In this document: positions 45,963 through 55,842 of the stretch, in pieces
Position numbering within the stretch: the stretch's first letter is position 1
Layout: every line of letters begins with the position of its first letter
From: Candidatus Binataceae bacterium
GTDB taxonomy: Bacteria > Desulfobacterota > Binatia > Binatales > Binataceae
Direction of reading: 5' to 3'
Assembly: GCA_035524375.1 (NCBI GenBank)
Contig: DATKOZ010000035.1
Coordinates: 135,663-199,662 of the forward strand
Length of the DNA: 64,000 bases
Program-made: the position numbers and the translations under genes
Notes under the pieces: model-generated
Seen by the model: only the letters and a program-made list of their open reading frames with translations
Databases searched by the model: none
Told to the model about the DNA's origin: nothing

Positions 45963-46982
45963 CTAGCCGTTGAACCGCTTTGCAAGCTTGCGCCATTGCG
46001 CGTCGTCGATCCCCGCATGGTAGGGGATGTAAAATGCGACGCGATCCAACAGGCCATCGTAGCGCTCATGCACTTTGTCGGCGATATCGTCGAACGTGCC
46101 CGATACGGTGTAGACGTCGAGCATTTCATCGGTAATTTGCTGACCCATTGCGGCCCAGTCGCCCTTGGCTGCCATCGCATTCAGGCGATCGCACACCTCG
46201 CCCCAGCCGTGGGTTTCCAACACCACCTTGTAGGTCCGCGTCGAAGCGTAAAATGAAATCTGCTGGCGGATTCCAGCGCGGGCGCGTTCGATTTCATCCT
46301 TGTTGTTGCCGACGATCACAAACGCGGTCGTCGCCATCGTGAAGTCCTTGCGCGAGCGTCCGGCCTTGGCCAGTCCCTTCTCGACGTTGGGGATCACGAA
46401 CTCGCGCAGGTACTTGGGCGAATTGAACGGATGCGCATGCAGGCCGTCGCACAGCTCGCCAGCCAGCCGGCAGATGTATTCATTCACGCCCGCAATGTAA
46501 ATCGGGATGTTCGAGTAATTGTGCGGCGGCGGGGTGAAGAACGGCGTCATTAGGGAAAAGTTGTAATACTTTCCCTTAAACGAAAGCTTCGAGCAGCCCT
46601 CGGACCAGCATTTGAAAATCGCGCGCAGCGACTGGATGTACTCGCGCAGGCGCGGCACCGGCTCGTCCCACTTGACGCTGAAACGCCGCTCGATATGCCC
46701 CTTTACCTGCGTGCCCAGCCCCAGCATGAAGCGCCCCTGCGACAATCCCGCCAAGTCCCATGCGGTGTAGGCGGTGACCATCGGGCTGCGCGGGAACGCG
46801 ATCGCCACGGACGTGCCGGTTTTGATCCGCTTGGTATGCTCCGCAATCAGCGCCGCCGGCAGAAAGCCGTCGTTGCCGGCCTCCGGCACCCAGATCGCAT
46901 CGAAGCCGGCATCCTCCGCCGCCCGCGCGATTTCGGGCACCTCGCGCAAATTGCGTGTGGCAAGTCCGGTGTCGAGTTTCAT
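45963..46982 (-). CDS. LLM-class flavin/F420-dependent oxidoreductase (luciferase-like monooxygenase)
   Basis: MKLDTGLATRNLREVPEIARAAEDAGFDAIWVPE TIM-barrel LLM N-terminus. Start at MKLD (46982) rather than 47045. Confidence 0.8.
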   Translation of the reverse strand: MKLDTGLATRNLREVPEIARAAEDAGFDAIWVPEAGNDGFLPAALIAEHTKRIKTGTSVAIAFPRSPMVTAYTAWDLAGLSQGRFMLGLGTQVKGHIERRFSVKWDEPVPRLREYIQSLRAIFKCWSEGCSKLSFKGKYYNFSLMTPFFTPPPHNYSNIPIYIAGVNEYICRLAGELCDGLHAHPFNSPKYLREFVIPNVEKGLAKAGRSRKDFTMATTAFVIVGNNKDEIERARAGIRQQISFYASTRTYKVVLETHGWGEVCDRLNAMAAKGDWAAMGQQITDEMLDVYTVSGTFDDIADKVHERYDGLLDRVAFYIPYHAGIDDAQWRKLAKRFNG

Positions 46983-47084
46983 AAAAGCAGTCTCCCGCGT
47001 GAAAATCTCAGAGGCGGGCGGATCGTAACAAGGCCCCAGCCCCATGAAAAGCCCCGCGATCGGACACGCCGGAGAGGGGAAATT

Positions 47085-47194
47085 GCGAAACCCCGCGCGG
47101 GTTTCGCGCTTCCTGTTTCACCCGGAGCCGTCCGAAAACGCCGTCCCGCCGTTTTCGGCACTGCGGGAAGTCCGAAACCCGTTAGGGGTTTCGG
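47085..47194. repeat. Three adjacent REP-like palindromes sharing CCGAAAMC…GKTTTCGG stems
   Basis: 47085–47109 gcgaaaccccgcgcgggtttcgcgc; 47132–47158 ccgaaaacgccgtcccgccgttttcgg; 47172–47194 ccgaaacccgttaggggtttcgg followed by gggttttctg. Confidence 0.45.
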
Positions 47195-47210
47195 GGTTTT
47201 CTGCCTCCGC

Positions 47211-48020
47211 TCACCGCGCGCGGCGGCGGAGGACATCGAGCAGGAGGCGAGGGTTGTCGCTGATGATTCCGTCCACGCCGATATCGAGCAGGCGGGTCAT
47301 CTCCGCCGGCTCATTCACAGTCCAAACGTGGACTTCAATCCCGAGCCGATGCGCGAATGCGACGCTCTCCGGCGTGACAAGCTGCCATGACTCGTAGCTG
47401 GGCGGAATCTGAAGGGCATCGCCCGGCGGGCGGTAATTGGCGTCGTGCGCCGCCATCGCCTGAAAAAATCCGCCGCCCTCAAGGTACGAAAAATTGGTTG
47501 GAATCCCCGGCGCAAGGCGGCGAACTTCGTCCAACGGCTCCTGATGCTCGCTGGCGACGACGACCATTCGGCTCATCCCGGCACGATCGATTACGCCGAG
47601 CAGGGGAGCGGCGAGGCTCGGCACAGTCTGCTTTATTTCGACGATGACGCGCATCTTAGGGAACGCCGCCATCACCTCGGACAGCTTGGGTGGCGCGATG
47701 CCTTTATCGCGGAACGGATGGGATGCGCCGCCGTCGAGCGTGAACATCCGGCCCGCATCGGCAGCGGCGACTTCGGCATAGGTCATTTCGCGGATGAGCC
47801 GGTTCTGGCCGCAGGTGCGTTTAAGGTTTTCGTCGTGACATACGACGATTTCGCCGTCACGTGTCATGTGAACGTCGAGTTCGATGTATTCGGCGCCGGC
47901 GGCGTTCGCTTCAGCGAAGGAAGGCATCGTGTTTTCAGGATGGGTGGCGGCGGCGCCTCGATGACCAATCGCGCGCGGCTTTGGCAGCGTGAAAAAATCG
48001 GATTTTAAGGAGTCGCGCAT
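47211..48020 (-). CDS. ugpQ: Glycerophosphodiester phosphodiesterase
   Basis: GHRGAAATHPENTMPSFAEA…ELDVHMTRDGEIVVCHDENL is the GDPD signature. Confidence 0.85.
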   Translation of the reverse strand: MRDSLKSDFFTLPKPRAIGHRGAAATHPENTMPSFAEANAAGAEYIELDVHMTRDGEIVVCHDENLKRTCGQNRLIREMTYAEVAAADAGRMFTLDGGASHPFRDKGIAPPKLSEVMAAFPKMRVIVEIKQTVPSLAAPLLGVIDRAGMSRMVVVASEHQEPLDEVRRLAPGIPTNFSYLEGGGFFQAMAAHDANYRPPGDALQIPPSYESWQLVTPESVAFAHRLGIEVHVWTVNEPAEMTRLLDIGVDGIISDNPRLLLDVLRRRAR

Positions 48021-48108
48021 CGCGAAAGTGACCTTAGCGGATTGGTGCGATCTTGTGGATGCGGTCGACGGATTTATCCACCAGCAGGCTGGGGACTGCG
48101 CGAGTTCC

Positions 48109-49626
48109 CTACAGGCCGCCGGTTGTGGCGGTGGAGCCGTCGTACGACGAATTCATCCGGCTAGAGAGCCGGAGAGTGTGGCGATGCCGATGCCGGTGCG
48201 TCGGCTCTGTAATGGTGCGCATCGAGACGTGATAACTCGGGGCCGCATGATGTGCGGCAATGGGCTTGGCGACAACTGTGGCGGCGTCGGCGAGCTTGGG
48301 GCTGATATCGGGAATCTCGGACAGCGCGGACTCGTAATGCTGCTTCATCTCGTCGAACAGCACCTGCATCCGCGGCGACACCGGCGGATGATTCTCGCCC
48401 AGATGCTGCAAGAGCGGGTTCACGTACGAGCCGCCCTTTTCGATCGCGAAATGGAGATGCGGGCCGGTGGACAATCCGGTCGAGCCGACCCGGCCGATAA
48501 ACTGGCCCACGCGGACATAGGCGCCCTGATGAACTCCTATCGAGGACAGGTGGCCATAGATGCTGACGACGCCGTGCGGATGTTGGATTCTCACGCAATT
48601 GCCCAACTCGCCCTGCCACCCCGCACTCTGAACGCGGCCATCAGCCACGGCCATCACCGGTTCGCCGTAGCGGGCGACGAGATCGACGCCGACATGGGGA
48701 CGATACTCATGGAGCAGCGGATGGTAGCGATGGAAGGTAAAGCCGGATGAGATGTATTTGAAATTAACCGGGAAGCGCAGCGCCTGAGGCCCAAGCACAC
48801 GGCCCTCTTCATCGTAGAGATGCGCGCGGCCCTCTTCATCTTCGAACGCGTAGGCCTTGAGCGTGCGGCTGCCGAAGGAAATCTGGGCGGCCTCGACCCC
48901 TTCGGCTAGGCGGTAAGTCCCGTCGCGGCTGACCTTCTCGCGGTATATCAGCTTGACGGCGGAGCCGGGCGCCAGATGATCAAGGTTGTGACGATCGCCG
49001 AAGGCATCCTGCAGAGTTGCGATAATCGGCCGCGGGATTCCGTTGTTGGCGGCGGCGCGCTGGAAGCTGTCGGTGATCGTGAAGCTCGATTTTACCGGGC
49101 GCTCGATATATTCGATCGGTGTGACGGCGGCCTTGATCACGCCTGAGCCAAGATGAGCCTCGATAATCGAGGACTTATAGCTGAGGTCATATCTGAAGCC
49201 GCGCAACTCGCCGGTGGCCGGATCTTTGTAGATCGTGAACGGATGGCCACTGTGCAAATCCCGGTCAGCGGTCAGTCCTTCGAAGTAGGACGCCCATTGC
49301 GCAGCGGCCTCTTCGTCCAGGCCGGCATCGCGGAGATAGCTTTCGATTGAAGCAGTCCGATCAAGGGTTGTGCTAATCATGATTGCAGGAGGCGCAGGAT
49401 CGATGGATTCGGAATCGCCAAAAATAATCGGCTGGTTACGTCCAGCGTCGAATTCCGCAAGCGGCGACCCGAAGGTGTCCGGGTTGGGCTGGATATACAC
49501 GACCAAGGCGGCAACCGTCGCAGCAATCCCGACGATTAGGCCGGTCAGTATGCGCAGCGACACTACCGCGTTCCTTCCCCGAGGCATCATAGGCAGAAAA
49601 CTAGGCCATTTTGCTGCCGAGCGCAA
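48109..49626 (-). CDS. M23 family metallopeptidase (LytM/lysostaphin-like), membrane anchored
   Basis: HxxxD…HxH motifs: HVGVDLVAR…NCVRIQHPHGVVSIYGHLS…STGPHLHF. N-terminal TM. Confidence 0.8.
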   Translation of the reverse strand: MRSAAKWPSFLPMMPRGRNAVVSLRILTGLIVGIAATVAALVVYIQPNPDTFGSPLAEFDAGRNQPIIFGDSESIDPAPPAIMISTTLDRTASIESYLRDAGLDEEAAAQWASYFEGLTADRDLHSGHPFTIYKDPATGELRGFRYDLSYKSSIIEAHLGSGVIKAAVTPIEYIERPVKSSFTITDSFQRAAANNGIPRPIIATLQDAFGDRHNLDHLAPGSAVKLIYREKVSRDGTYRLAEGVEAAQISFGSRTLKAYAFEDEEGRAHLYDEEGRVLGPQALRFPVNFKYISSGFTFHRYHPLLHEYRPHVGVDLVARYGEPVMAVADGRVQSAGWQGELGNCVRIQHPHGVVSIYGHLSSIGVHQGAYVRVGQFIGRVGSTGLSTGPHLHFAIEKGGSYVNPLLQHLGENHPPVSPRMQVLFDEMKQHYESALSEIPDISPKLADAATVVAKPIAAHHAAPSYHVSMRTITEPTHRHRHRHTLRLSSRMNSSYDGSTATTGGL

Positions 49627-49666
49627 CCCCTAACGATACCGAGTTTGCATTAGGTAGACTAATATC

Positions 49667-50086
49667 ATGGGTTATGCAGCGCTAGATGTCGGGAGGCATC
49701 GGATAGGCGTGGCCGTCGCTGGTCCAGCCGGAGCCGGTGCTTATCCATTAGGCACCATCGAGCGCAAGTCGTTCCACCATGACTCGAAGGCGCTCGCGGC
49801 GATGTTCGACGGGCGTGGCGTAACTACTATCATCGTCGGCCTGCCGCTCAATATGGACGGCAGCGACGGCCCCGCGGCACGCTCGGCGCGGGCGTTCTCC
49901 CGAAGGCTGGCAGAAGCCTTGGGTATCGCGGTTGAGCTGTTCGACGAGCGGCTGACAAGCTTTGAGGCGCGGGAGCGGATGCGTGGGATGGACTTCGGCA
50001 AGGGCAAGCGGAAACCGGCCACCGATGCGATCGCGGCGGCGGTAATCTTGGAAGGATGGCTGCAGGCGCGCCCGGAAAGAGTGTGA
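49667..50086 (+). CDS. ruvX: Holliday junction resolvase-like YqgF/RuvX
   Basis: ALDVGRHRIGVAVAG…IIVGLPLNMDGS. Confidence 0.85.
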   Translation: MGYAALDVGRHRIGVAVAGPAGAGAYPLGTIERKSFHHDSKALAAMFDGRGVTTIIVGLPLNMDGSDGPAARSARAFSRRLAEALGIAVELFDERLTSFEARERMRGMDFGKGKRKPATDAIAAAVILEGWLQARPERV

Positions 50087-51123
50087 TGCCCAGGTTATCG
50101 TCAATCATTTCGCGGCTGGCGGCCATCTCCGCGATTGTAATAATTGGCGCCGCGGGTGCGGGTTATTATTTATGGCTGAGGCCAACGGAGATCTTCAGCC
50201 CGCCGCGCATCGTGAAAATCGAACGGGGTGAGCGGTTTCAGCAAGTCGCGCGCGACCTGTCCGAAGCCGGTGTCGTCCGCAGCGAATTGGCACTGCGATT
50301 GTATGCCGGATTCAACGGTACCGCGCGGCAGGTGAAGCCGGGCGAGTATGCATTCTCAGGCGGCGAACGGGTCGCGGACGTGATGCGCCATCTGGTACGC
50401 GGCGATTTCAACGTTGTGACGGTTACGATCCCGGAAGGACTCACCCTCCATCAGATCGCCGAAAAGATAGGCGCGGCGGGGCTGGTCTGTCCTGATGATT
50501 TCGAGCGTGCCGCGCGCTCCGGTCCGATTGTGCAGGCGCTTGGCCTGACGCCACCGGGTGCGGAGGGGTATCTATTCCCCGCGACGTATCATTTTGCTCC
50601 GCACGCCACTGCCGATGAAATTCTGTTCGCAATGCTCGCGAAGTTCTCGGAGATCCTGACGCCGGAGAGGCAGGAGCGAATGTTCGCGCTTGGACTGTCA
50701 CCGCGCGAAGCGATCACGATGGCCTCGATTATCGAAAAGGAGGCGCACGTGCCGGGCGAACGGCCGGTGATTGCGGGGGTGTTCTACAATCGGCTGCGGC
50801 TCAAGATGCCGCTGCAGTCAGATCCGACGGCGGAGTACGATCTTGCGGACGAAACTATCCGCCCGGCGGAAGCGGTCCGAACACCATCCCCGTTCAACAC
50901 GTATCAAATTGCGGGCCTGCCACCGGGTCCGATCGCCAACCCGGGATTGAAATCAATCGAGGCCGCCCTTTATCCGACCGACACGAATGCTCTCTATTTC
51001 GTTGCCCGCGATGACGGCACGCACATTTTTTCGCGGACCTTTAGCGAGCACAAACGCGCGATCGCTGGTCATGCGCCGGTTGCGGAATCGCCGGTTCCGA
51101 CGGACGCAGGCGGCAAGAAATGA
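50086..51123 (+). CDS. mltG: Endolytic murein transglycosylase MltG (YceG family)
   Basis: N-terminal TM and YceG domain. ATG overlaps the ruvX stop (TGATG). Confidence 0.85.
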   Translation: MPRLSSIISRLAAISAIVIIGAAGAGYYLWLRPTEIFSPPRIVKIERGERFQQVARDLSEAGVVRSELALRLYAGFNGTARQVKPGEYAFSGGERVADVMRHLVRGDFNVVTVTIPEGLTLHQIAEKIGAAGLVCPDDFERAARSGPIVQALGLTPPGAEGYLFPATYHFAPHATADEILFAMLAKFSEILTPERQERMFALGLSPREAITMASIIEKEAHVPGERPVIAGVFYNRLRLKMPLQSDPTAEYDLADETIRPAEAVRTPSPFNTYQIAGLPPGPIANPGLKSIEAALYPTDTNALYFVARDDGTHIFSRTFSEHKRAIAGHAPVAESPVPTDAGGKK

Positions 51124-51200
51124 TGGTCGCCTTCGCAAATTCAATCACGCGCGGCCGTCTGGAAAACGCGGATAACGGCTGATAGCAGTGGCGTAATTCC

Positions 51201-51605
51201 ATGGATCAGGCAATGACCCGCAGCAAATGGTATCCAGTGCTGGGATGGTGCGTGGTGATCTTCGCGCTTTCCACCACCTGGTTTTCAGCTGCCAATACCT
51301 CGCGCGTGATCGAGCCAATTTTCGGGATGCTGTTTCCCGCGATGACTCCCGCCGCGATCGGAGTTTGCCACGTGCTGACCCGCAAGCTGGCTCATTTCAC
51401 GATCTATGCAGTCCTCTACTGGCTGCTCGCGCGCGGTCCACTGGCCGGAAGGCCGGGCTTGGCGTTGCTGCTATGTGTGATTTTCGCGCTCACCGACGAA
51501 GGCCATCAGTACTTCGTGATGGGCCGCAATGCGTCGCTCTACGATGTCGGCCTGGATTCCTCCGGCGCGCTGTTCAGCCGCTTTTTAATCACCGCGATCA
51601 AATGA
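51201..51605 (+). CDS. VanZ family protein
   Basis: 4-TM VanZ-like protein (…LAHFTIYAVL…ALTDEGHQYF…). Confidence 0.7.
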   Translation: MDQAMTRSKWYPVLGWCVVIFALSTTWFSAANTSRVIEPIFGMLFPAMTPAAIGVCHVLTRKLAHFTIYAVLYWLLARGPLAGRPGLALLLCVIFALTDEGHQYFVMGRNASLYDVGLDSSGALFSRFLITAIK

Positions 51606-51614
51606 TCAGCGCAC

Positions 51615-52286
51615 TTATGCGGTCTTGTCGCCGAGTGCCGATGTAATGCGATCGATTCTCGCGAAATAGGCGCGCAGATTTTTCAATTCGGACGGAATTT
51701 TCAATTCGCCCGTGAACGCGAAATAGAACAACTGGCCGTACAACGCAAAGTCCGCCAGCCCAATCCGGCCGGTCAGAAACGGCTTGTCCCCGAGCTGATC
51801 GTCGAATGGCTTAAGCGCCTCGCGCGCGCGTTCCCAATTGGCGTCATGGTCGGCGATCATCCGATCGACAAAGCCCATTCCGTATTTTCGCTCTCGGATC
51901 AGCCTCCAAAACGCGGCGCGGTCGGCGCCTTCGCGTTCGTGAACGGCCAGCTCGTCGGCGATCACAGCGCGATAAAGCGCATCCTCAAGCTGGGTGTCGA
52001 AATAATCCGCAAGCGCGAGGTGCACGCCGCGCCATCCGGGCGGGAAGATAGTCGGCTCAGGATACAACTCCTCCAGCCGGATCGCGATTTTCGCCGAATC
52101 GGCGATCGTCTCGCCGCTGTCGAGTGTCACGGCGGGAACCATTATCTGCTTCGATGCGATTAGCAACTCCTTGCGCTCAAGGTAATCGAGCTCGATTACT
52201 TCGAATTCGATGCCCTTGAAGGCGAGCAGCTTGCGCACCTTCGCGCAGAAGGGACTGCCGATAAATTGATAGAGTCGGGCTGCCAT
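51615..52286 (-). CDS. Glutathione S-transferase family protein
   Basis: Thioredoxin-like N-terminus LYQFIGSPFCAKVRKLLAFKGIEFEV…VPAVTL. Confidence 0.8.
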   Translation of the reverse strand: MAARLYQFIGSPFCAKVRKLLAFKGIEFEVIELDYLERKELLIASKQIMVPAVTLDSGETIADSAKIAIRLEELYPEPTIFPPGWRGVHLALADYFDTQLEDALYRAVIADELAVHEREGADRAAFWRLIRERKYGMGFVDRMIADHDANWERAREALKPFDDQLGDKPFLTGRIGLADFALYGQLFYFAFTGELKIPSELKNLRAYFARIDRITSALGDKTA

Positions 52287-52996
52287 TACGATGCTCCCTT
52301 GCGCGCGCTGGCGTCCAAACCGGCGAGCGCGCGCAGTATTTCATCAAGATCTGTCAGGGCGAGGGAAGGGCGCACGATTTCCGCAGTCGCGAGTTTCGCC
52401 ATGTCGATCGAATGTGCGATGCCGAGCGTTCTCATCCCGGCTTGTCGCGCGCCTTCGATTCCGGCGGGAGTGTCTTCAATAACCAGGCATTCTTCCGGCT
52501 GAATCGCGTCGCGGTTGCGAAGAAGATAGCCGAGCCTGCCCAATGCGATGACAAACGGGTCGGGCGCGGGCTTGCCGCGTTCGGCGTCCTCGGCCGTGAC
52601 GATATCGAGGAAAAGCTCGCGGAGCCCCGTGCCGCGGAGAGCCGCTTCGGCGTCGGCCCGCAGCGCGCCTGTTGCGACGATCAGTGGGAATCGTTCGGCG
52701 GCCGCGCGCACGAATCGTTCGGCGCCAGGATATGCCGTGGCGTTTTTGCTCGCCATCGTTACGAAAGCGCGCGATTTGCGCGCGATCAGTTCCCGCACGC
52801 GCGCGCCATCCTTCCCATGCTCGGCCATCACCGCCAGAAAGCAATCGTGATCGGTAAAGCCCACGAATCGTGTGTAGTAATCGGCGGGTGTAATTTCGAT
52901 GCCGTCCGGACGCAGCGCCTCGTTGAATGCTGCCAGATGGAGCGGTTCCGTGTCGGCAATTGTGCCGTCGAGATCGAATATGAGCGCGCGGATCAT
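52286..52996 (-). CDS. HAD-IA family hydrolase (beta-phosphoglucomutase-like)
   Basis: FDLDGTIADTE motif I; …IEDTPAGIEGARQAGM motif III. Confidence 0.8.
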   Translation of the reverse strand: MIRALIFDLDGTIADTEPLHLAAFNEALRPDGIEITPADYYTRFVGFTDHDCFLAVMAEHGKDGARVRELIARKSRAFVTMASKNATAYPGAERFVRAAAERFPLIVATGALRADAEAALRGTGLRELFLDIVTAEDAERGKPAPDPFVIALGRLGYLLRNRDAIQPEECLVIEDTPAGIEGARQAGMRTLGIAHSIDMAKLATAEIVRPSLALTDLDEILRALAGLDASARKGAS

Positions 52997-53478
52997 TTCA
53001 ATTGCCGTTTATGGCCACGCGCTGCACGTTGGAAGCGCGCACCCCAGACGTGTACGCGCTTCGGATCGATTCTGACGACAGGGTTTATGTCGCGCCGGAG
53101 GTTCATCGCTCGGTACTGCGGGTACTTGGCGCGAAGCCGGCGCATCGCGCGCGCGTATTCTTTTGTGTTTCGAACGATTCGCGCCGCTCCCGCGATCAGT
53201 ACGTAAGCCAGCTTGGTCCAATCTTCCTCATAATGATCGATGACTACCGCGACTCGTGGATTTTCCGCGATATTGCGCATGCGCTTCAGCGCCATCGCTG
53301 GAGCACGTTTGGGCTTGTTGTCGATCACGAAATAGATGCTTTCGCCGATGAAGCAATAGCACAGTGGGACATTATGCGGCGTTCCCTTCCGGTCCGCCGT
53401 CGCGAGATGGGCGACACGCGCTGCCGCAATAAAATCGCGGATGCGCGAATCATCGAACGATGCTTCGATTGCGGCCAT
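52993..53478 (-). CDS. Pyridoxamine 5'-phosphate oxidase-like (PPOX/F420-dependent) family protein
   Basis: …ARVAHLATADRKGTPHNVPLCYCF… split-barrel FMN-binding signature. Confidence 0.7.
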   Translation of the reverse strand: MAAIEASFDDSRIRDFIAAARVAHLATADRKGTPHNVPLCYCFIGESIYFVIDNKPKRAPAMALKRMRNIAENPRVAVVIDHYEEDWTKLAYVLIAGAARIVRNTKEYARAMRRLRAKYPQYRAMNLRRDINPVVRIDPKRVHVWGARFQRAARGHKRQLK

Positions 53479-53558
53479 CTACCAATGCTATCGGGTGTGA
53501 TTCAGCCGGAACAGGGCGCGAATTGACGCTGGCGCACTGGCGGCGGTAAAGATCGCTC

Positions 53559-55001
53559 ATGGAAGCGGAACAGGAAGCCAAGGTGAAGGCGCTGCGCGCC
53601 AAGCTTAACCACCCGGTCATCGATGCGGACGGTCATATGATCGAACCGCCGCCGCTGCTGAACCACTACTTGCACAAGGTCGGCGGCGCCGAATTGATCG
53701 AACGCTACCGGCGCGAACTTAAGGAACATCCGGTGGCGCCGCGCGGAAATCGCGAAACGGGGGACATGCGCGGCGTATGGTGGGGACTTAATAACGATGC
53801 CTACGACCTTGCCACCGTGATGGCGCCGAAGCTCCTTCACAAGCGATTGGAAGAAATAGGGATCGATTTCGCGATTCTTTACCCGACTGTCGGCCTTGCG
53901 ATTCCTACGACCTACGACGGCGATGTGCGGCGCGCCGCGTGCCGCGCGATTAACACGATGAATTCGGAAATCTGCGGCCCGCTTCGCGACCGGATAGCCC
54001 CGGCGGCGGTCATTCCGATGCATACGCCAGAGGAGGCGATCGCCGAGCTGGAGCATGCCGTGACGAAGCTCGGATTCAAGGTCGCGATGGTTTCGCCGGG
54101 CGTTGCGCGTCCGATCCCCGCGCTGGAAAAGAGCGCGCCGGAAGCTTTTCCATATGCCAGCTACTTCGATTGCTTCGGTCTCGACAGCATTTTCGATTAC
54201 GACCCGGTCTGGAGGAAGTTCATCGAACTGGGAGTCGCGGTCACTTCGCATGGCAGTGTGGGGTTGCGTTACCTTCCGCTAGGCCGGCGCTCGCCAACCA
54301 ACTACATGTTCAACCACATCGGGGCGCATGCCTATCAGCAGGGCGAATTGTGCCGCTCGATCGTGATGGGCGGCGTCCCGGCGCGCTTTCCGAAGTTGAG
54401 CGTCGGCTTCCTTGAATGCGGCGCGGGATGGGCCGTCGATTTGCTCCATTCGCTGGAAGAGCATTGGGAGAAGCGCAATCTCGAAGGAATGAAAAATTAC
54501 GATCCGTCGAAACTCGACCGGCCCCGGCTCCTTCAATTGCTGGCCGAATACGGTGGCAAGGATCTCCTTTCGGCGGCCTCCGACCCTGAGATGATGCGCT
54601 CGTATGGTGAAGGGATGGGCAAGGCGAACCGTTCAATTGAGGATCGCGACGAATGGGCACTGTGCGGAGTCAAGGAAGAACACGACTTCGCGAAGCTGTT
54701 CGCCAACTTTTTTTTCGGATGCGAGGGCGACGATCCAAGCGTGATGCGCGCGATGGACGCCGCGCACAATCCATTAGGAGTGCGCTTTCAAGCGATCTTT
54801 AGTTCGGATATCGGCCACTGGGATGTTCCGGATCTGAAGAACGTGCTGCTCGAAAGTCATCGCTTGGCCGACAAGGGCCTGATGTCCGCCGCCGATTATC
54901 GGGATTTTGTCTTTACCTATCCGGCGCGTTTGCATCTCAACGCCAATCCGGATTTCTTCAAGGGCACCGTGGTCGAAGGCACGATGAGCGCGGCGCGATA
55001 A
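53559..55001 (+). CDS. Amidohydrolase family protein (Amidohydro_2/PF04909-like)
   Basis: VIDADGHMIEPP… metal-binding start of amidohydrolase-2 TIM barrel; 480 aa. Confidence 0.75.
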   Translation: MEAEQEAKVKALRAKLNHPVIDADGHMIEPPPLLNHYLHKVGGAELIERYRRELKEHPVAPRGNRETGDMRGVWWGLNNDAYDLATVMAPKLLHKRLEEIGIDFAILYPTVGLAIPTTYDGDVRRAACRAINTMNSEICGPLRDRIAPAAVIPMHTPEEAIAELEHAVTKLGFKVAMVSPGVARPIPALEKSAPEAFPYASYFDCFGLDSIFDYDPVWRKFIELGVAVTSHGSVGLRYLPLGRRSPTNYMFNHIGAHAYQQGELCRSIVMGGVPARFPKLSVGFLECGAGWAVDLLHSLEEHWEKRNLEGMKNYDPSKLDRPRLLQLLAEYGGKDLLSAASDPEMMRSYGEGMGKANRSIEDRDEWALCGVKEEHDFAKLFANFFFGCEGDDPSVMRAMDAAHNPLGVRFQAIFSSDIGHWDVPDLKNVLLESHRLADKGLMSAADYRDFVFTYPARLHLNANPDFFKGTVVEGTMSAAR

Positions 55002-55021
55002 TAATTACGCGGCCGATACCG

Positions 55022-55765
55022 TCACCGGCGGTTTAGTTTCGCAAGCGCGCTTTGCGCCGCACCGCGTACGCCGGCATCGGTGTCGGACTCAAGACATCTG
55101 TTTAAGATTCTGGCCGCTTCCGCGCCCGTCTCGTCGATCCGGGAGAGCACGGAGACGGCGGCCAGCCGCACGAATCGGTTTTCGTCCGCAAGCGCGCGCT
55201 CGATCGCCGCGATTACATCGCCGCCGCAACATCCAAGATCGCGGATGCAATAGAGCGCCATCCGGTGAACGTTAGGCTCGCCATGGCCTGCGAGCTCGAG
55301 CAGGCGGGCGCGAATCTCATCCGGATGCCGTAAGCCGAGCCGGGTGAGAAGTTCCGCCGCCGACCATCTAACGTCGCTGTCGGGATTACCCAGCGCCTCC
55401 GCGATCGCGTCCACTGCGTCAATCCCGAACGCATCGCCATCGATCCGCGAAAGAGCAAATGCCGCGCCCCATCGCATCCGGGGGCTGGGATCGCGAAGGG
55501 CCGCGCGCAACATTGCCGCCGCCCGTTCATCGCTGGCGCCGGCAATTGCGGCCAGCGCTTTCGCTGCGCCGAGCTGAACCGATTTGGCCGCGGCGCCGAC
55601 GCATCGCACCAGTGCAGCCATCACTTCATCGGAGACGCGCTCGCCGGGTGCGGCGGCAATGTTCGCGATTGCGGCGGATTGGATGCGCGGATCGGCGCCG
55701 GAAAGGCCGTCAATCAAGCGCCGGTCTGTGTCGTCTGCCGCCAAGGGGGACCTGCTATGCGGCAA
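55022..55765 (-). CDS. HEAT repeat-containing protein
   Basis: Repeated …DPSPRMRWGAAFALSRI…/…NPDSDVRWSAAELLTRLG…/…DENRFVRLAAVSVLSRI… (PBS-lyase HEAT repeats). Confidence 0.7.
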   Translation of the reverse strand: MPHSRSPLAADDTDRRLIDGLSGADPRIQSAAIANIAAAPGERVSDEVMAALVRCVGAAAKSVQLGAAKALAAIAGASDERAAAMLRAALRDPSPRMRWGAAFALSRIDGDAFGIDAVDAIAEALGNPDSDVRWSAAELLTRLGLRHPDEIRARLLELAGHGEPNVHRMALYCIRDLGCCGGDVIAAIERALADENRFVRLAAVSVLSRIDETGAEAARILNRCLESDTDAGVRGAAQSALAKLNRR

Positions 55766-55842
55766 TGCTATCGGGCGCGATCCGGCCCCGACAAGGAGCG
55801 GCTATTCGGCTGGATCGCGCTATACTTCGGCAGGGGCCGGAA

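Noticed and set aside
47167-47205. Hairpin + T-run at 47172–47203 as a rho-independent terminator
   Set aside because: The T-run is on the + strand but both flanking genes are on the − strand. It is more parsimoniously part of the REP-like palindrome triplet.
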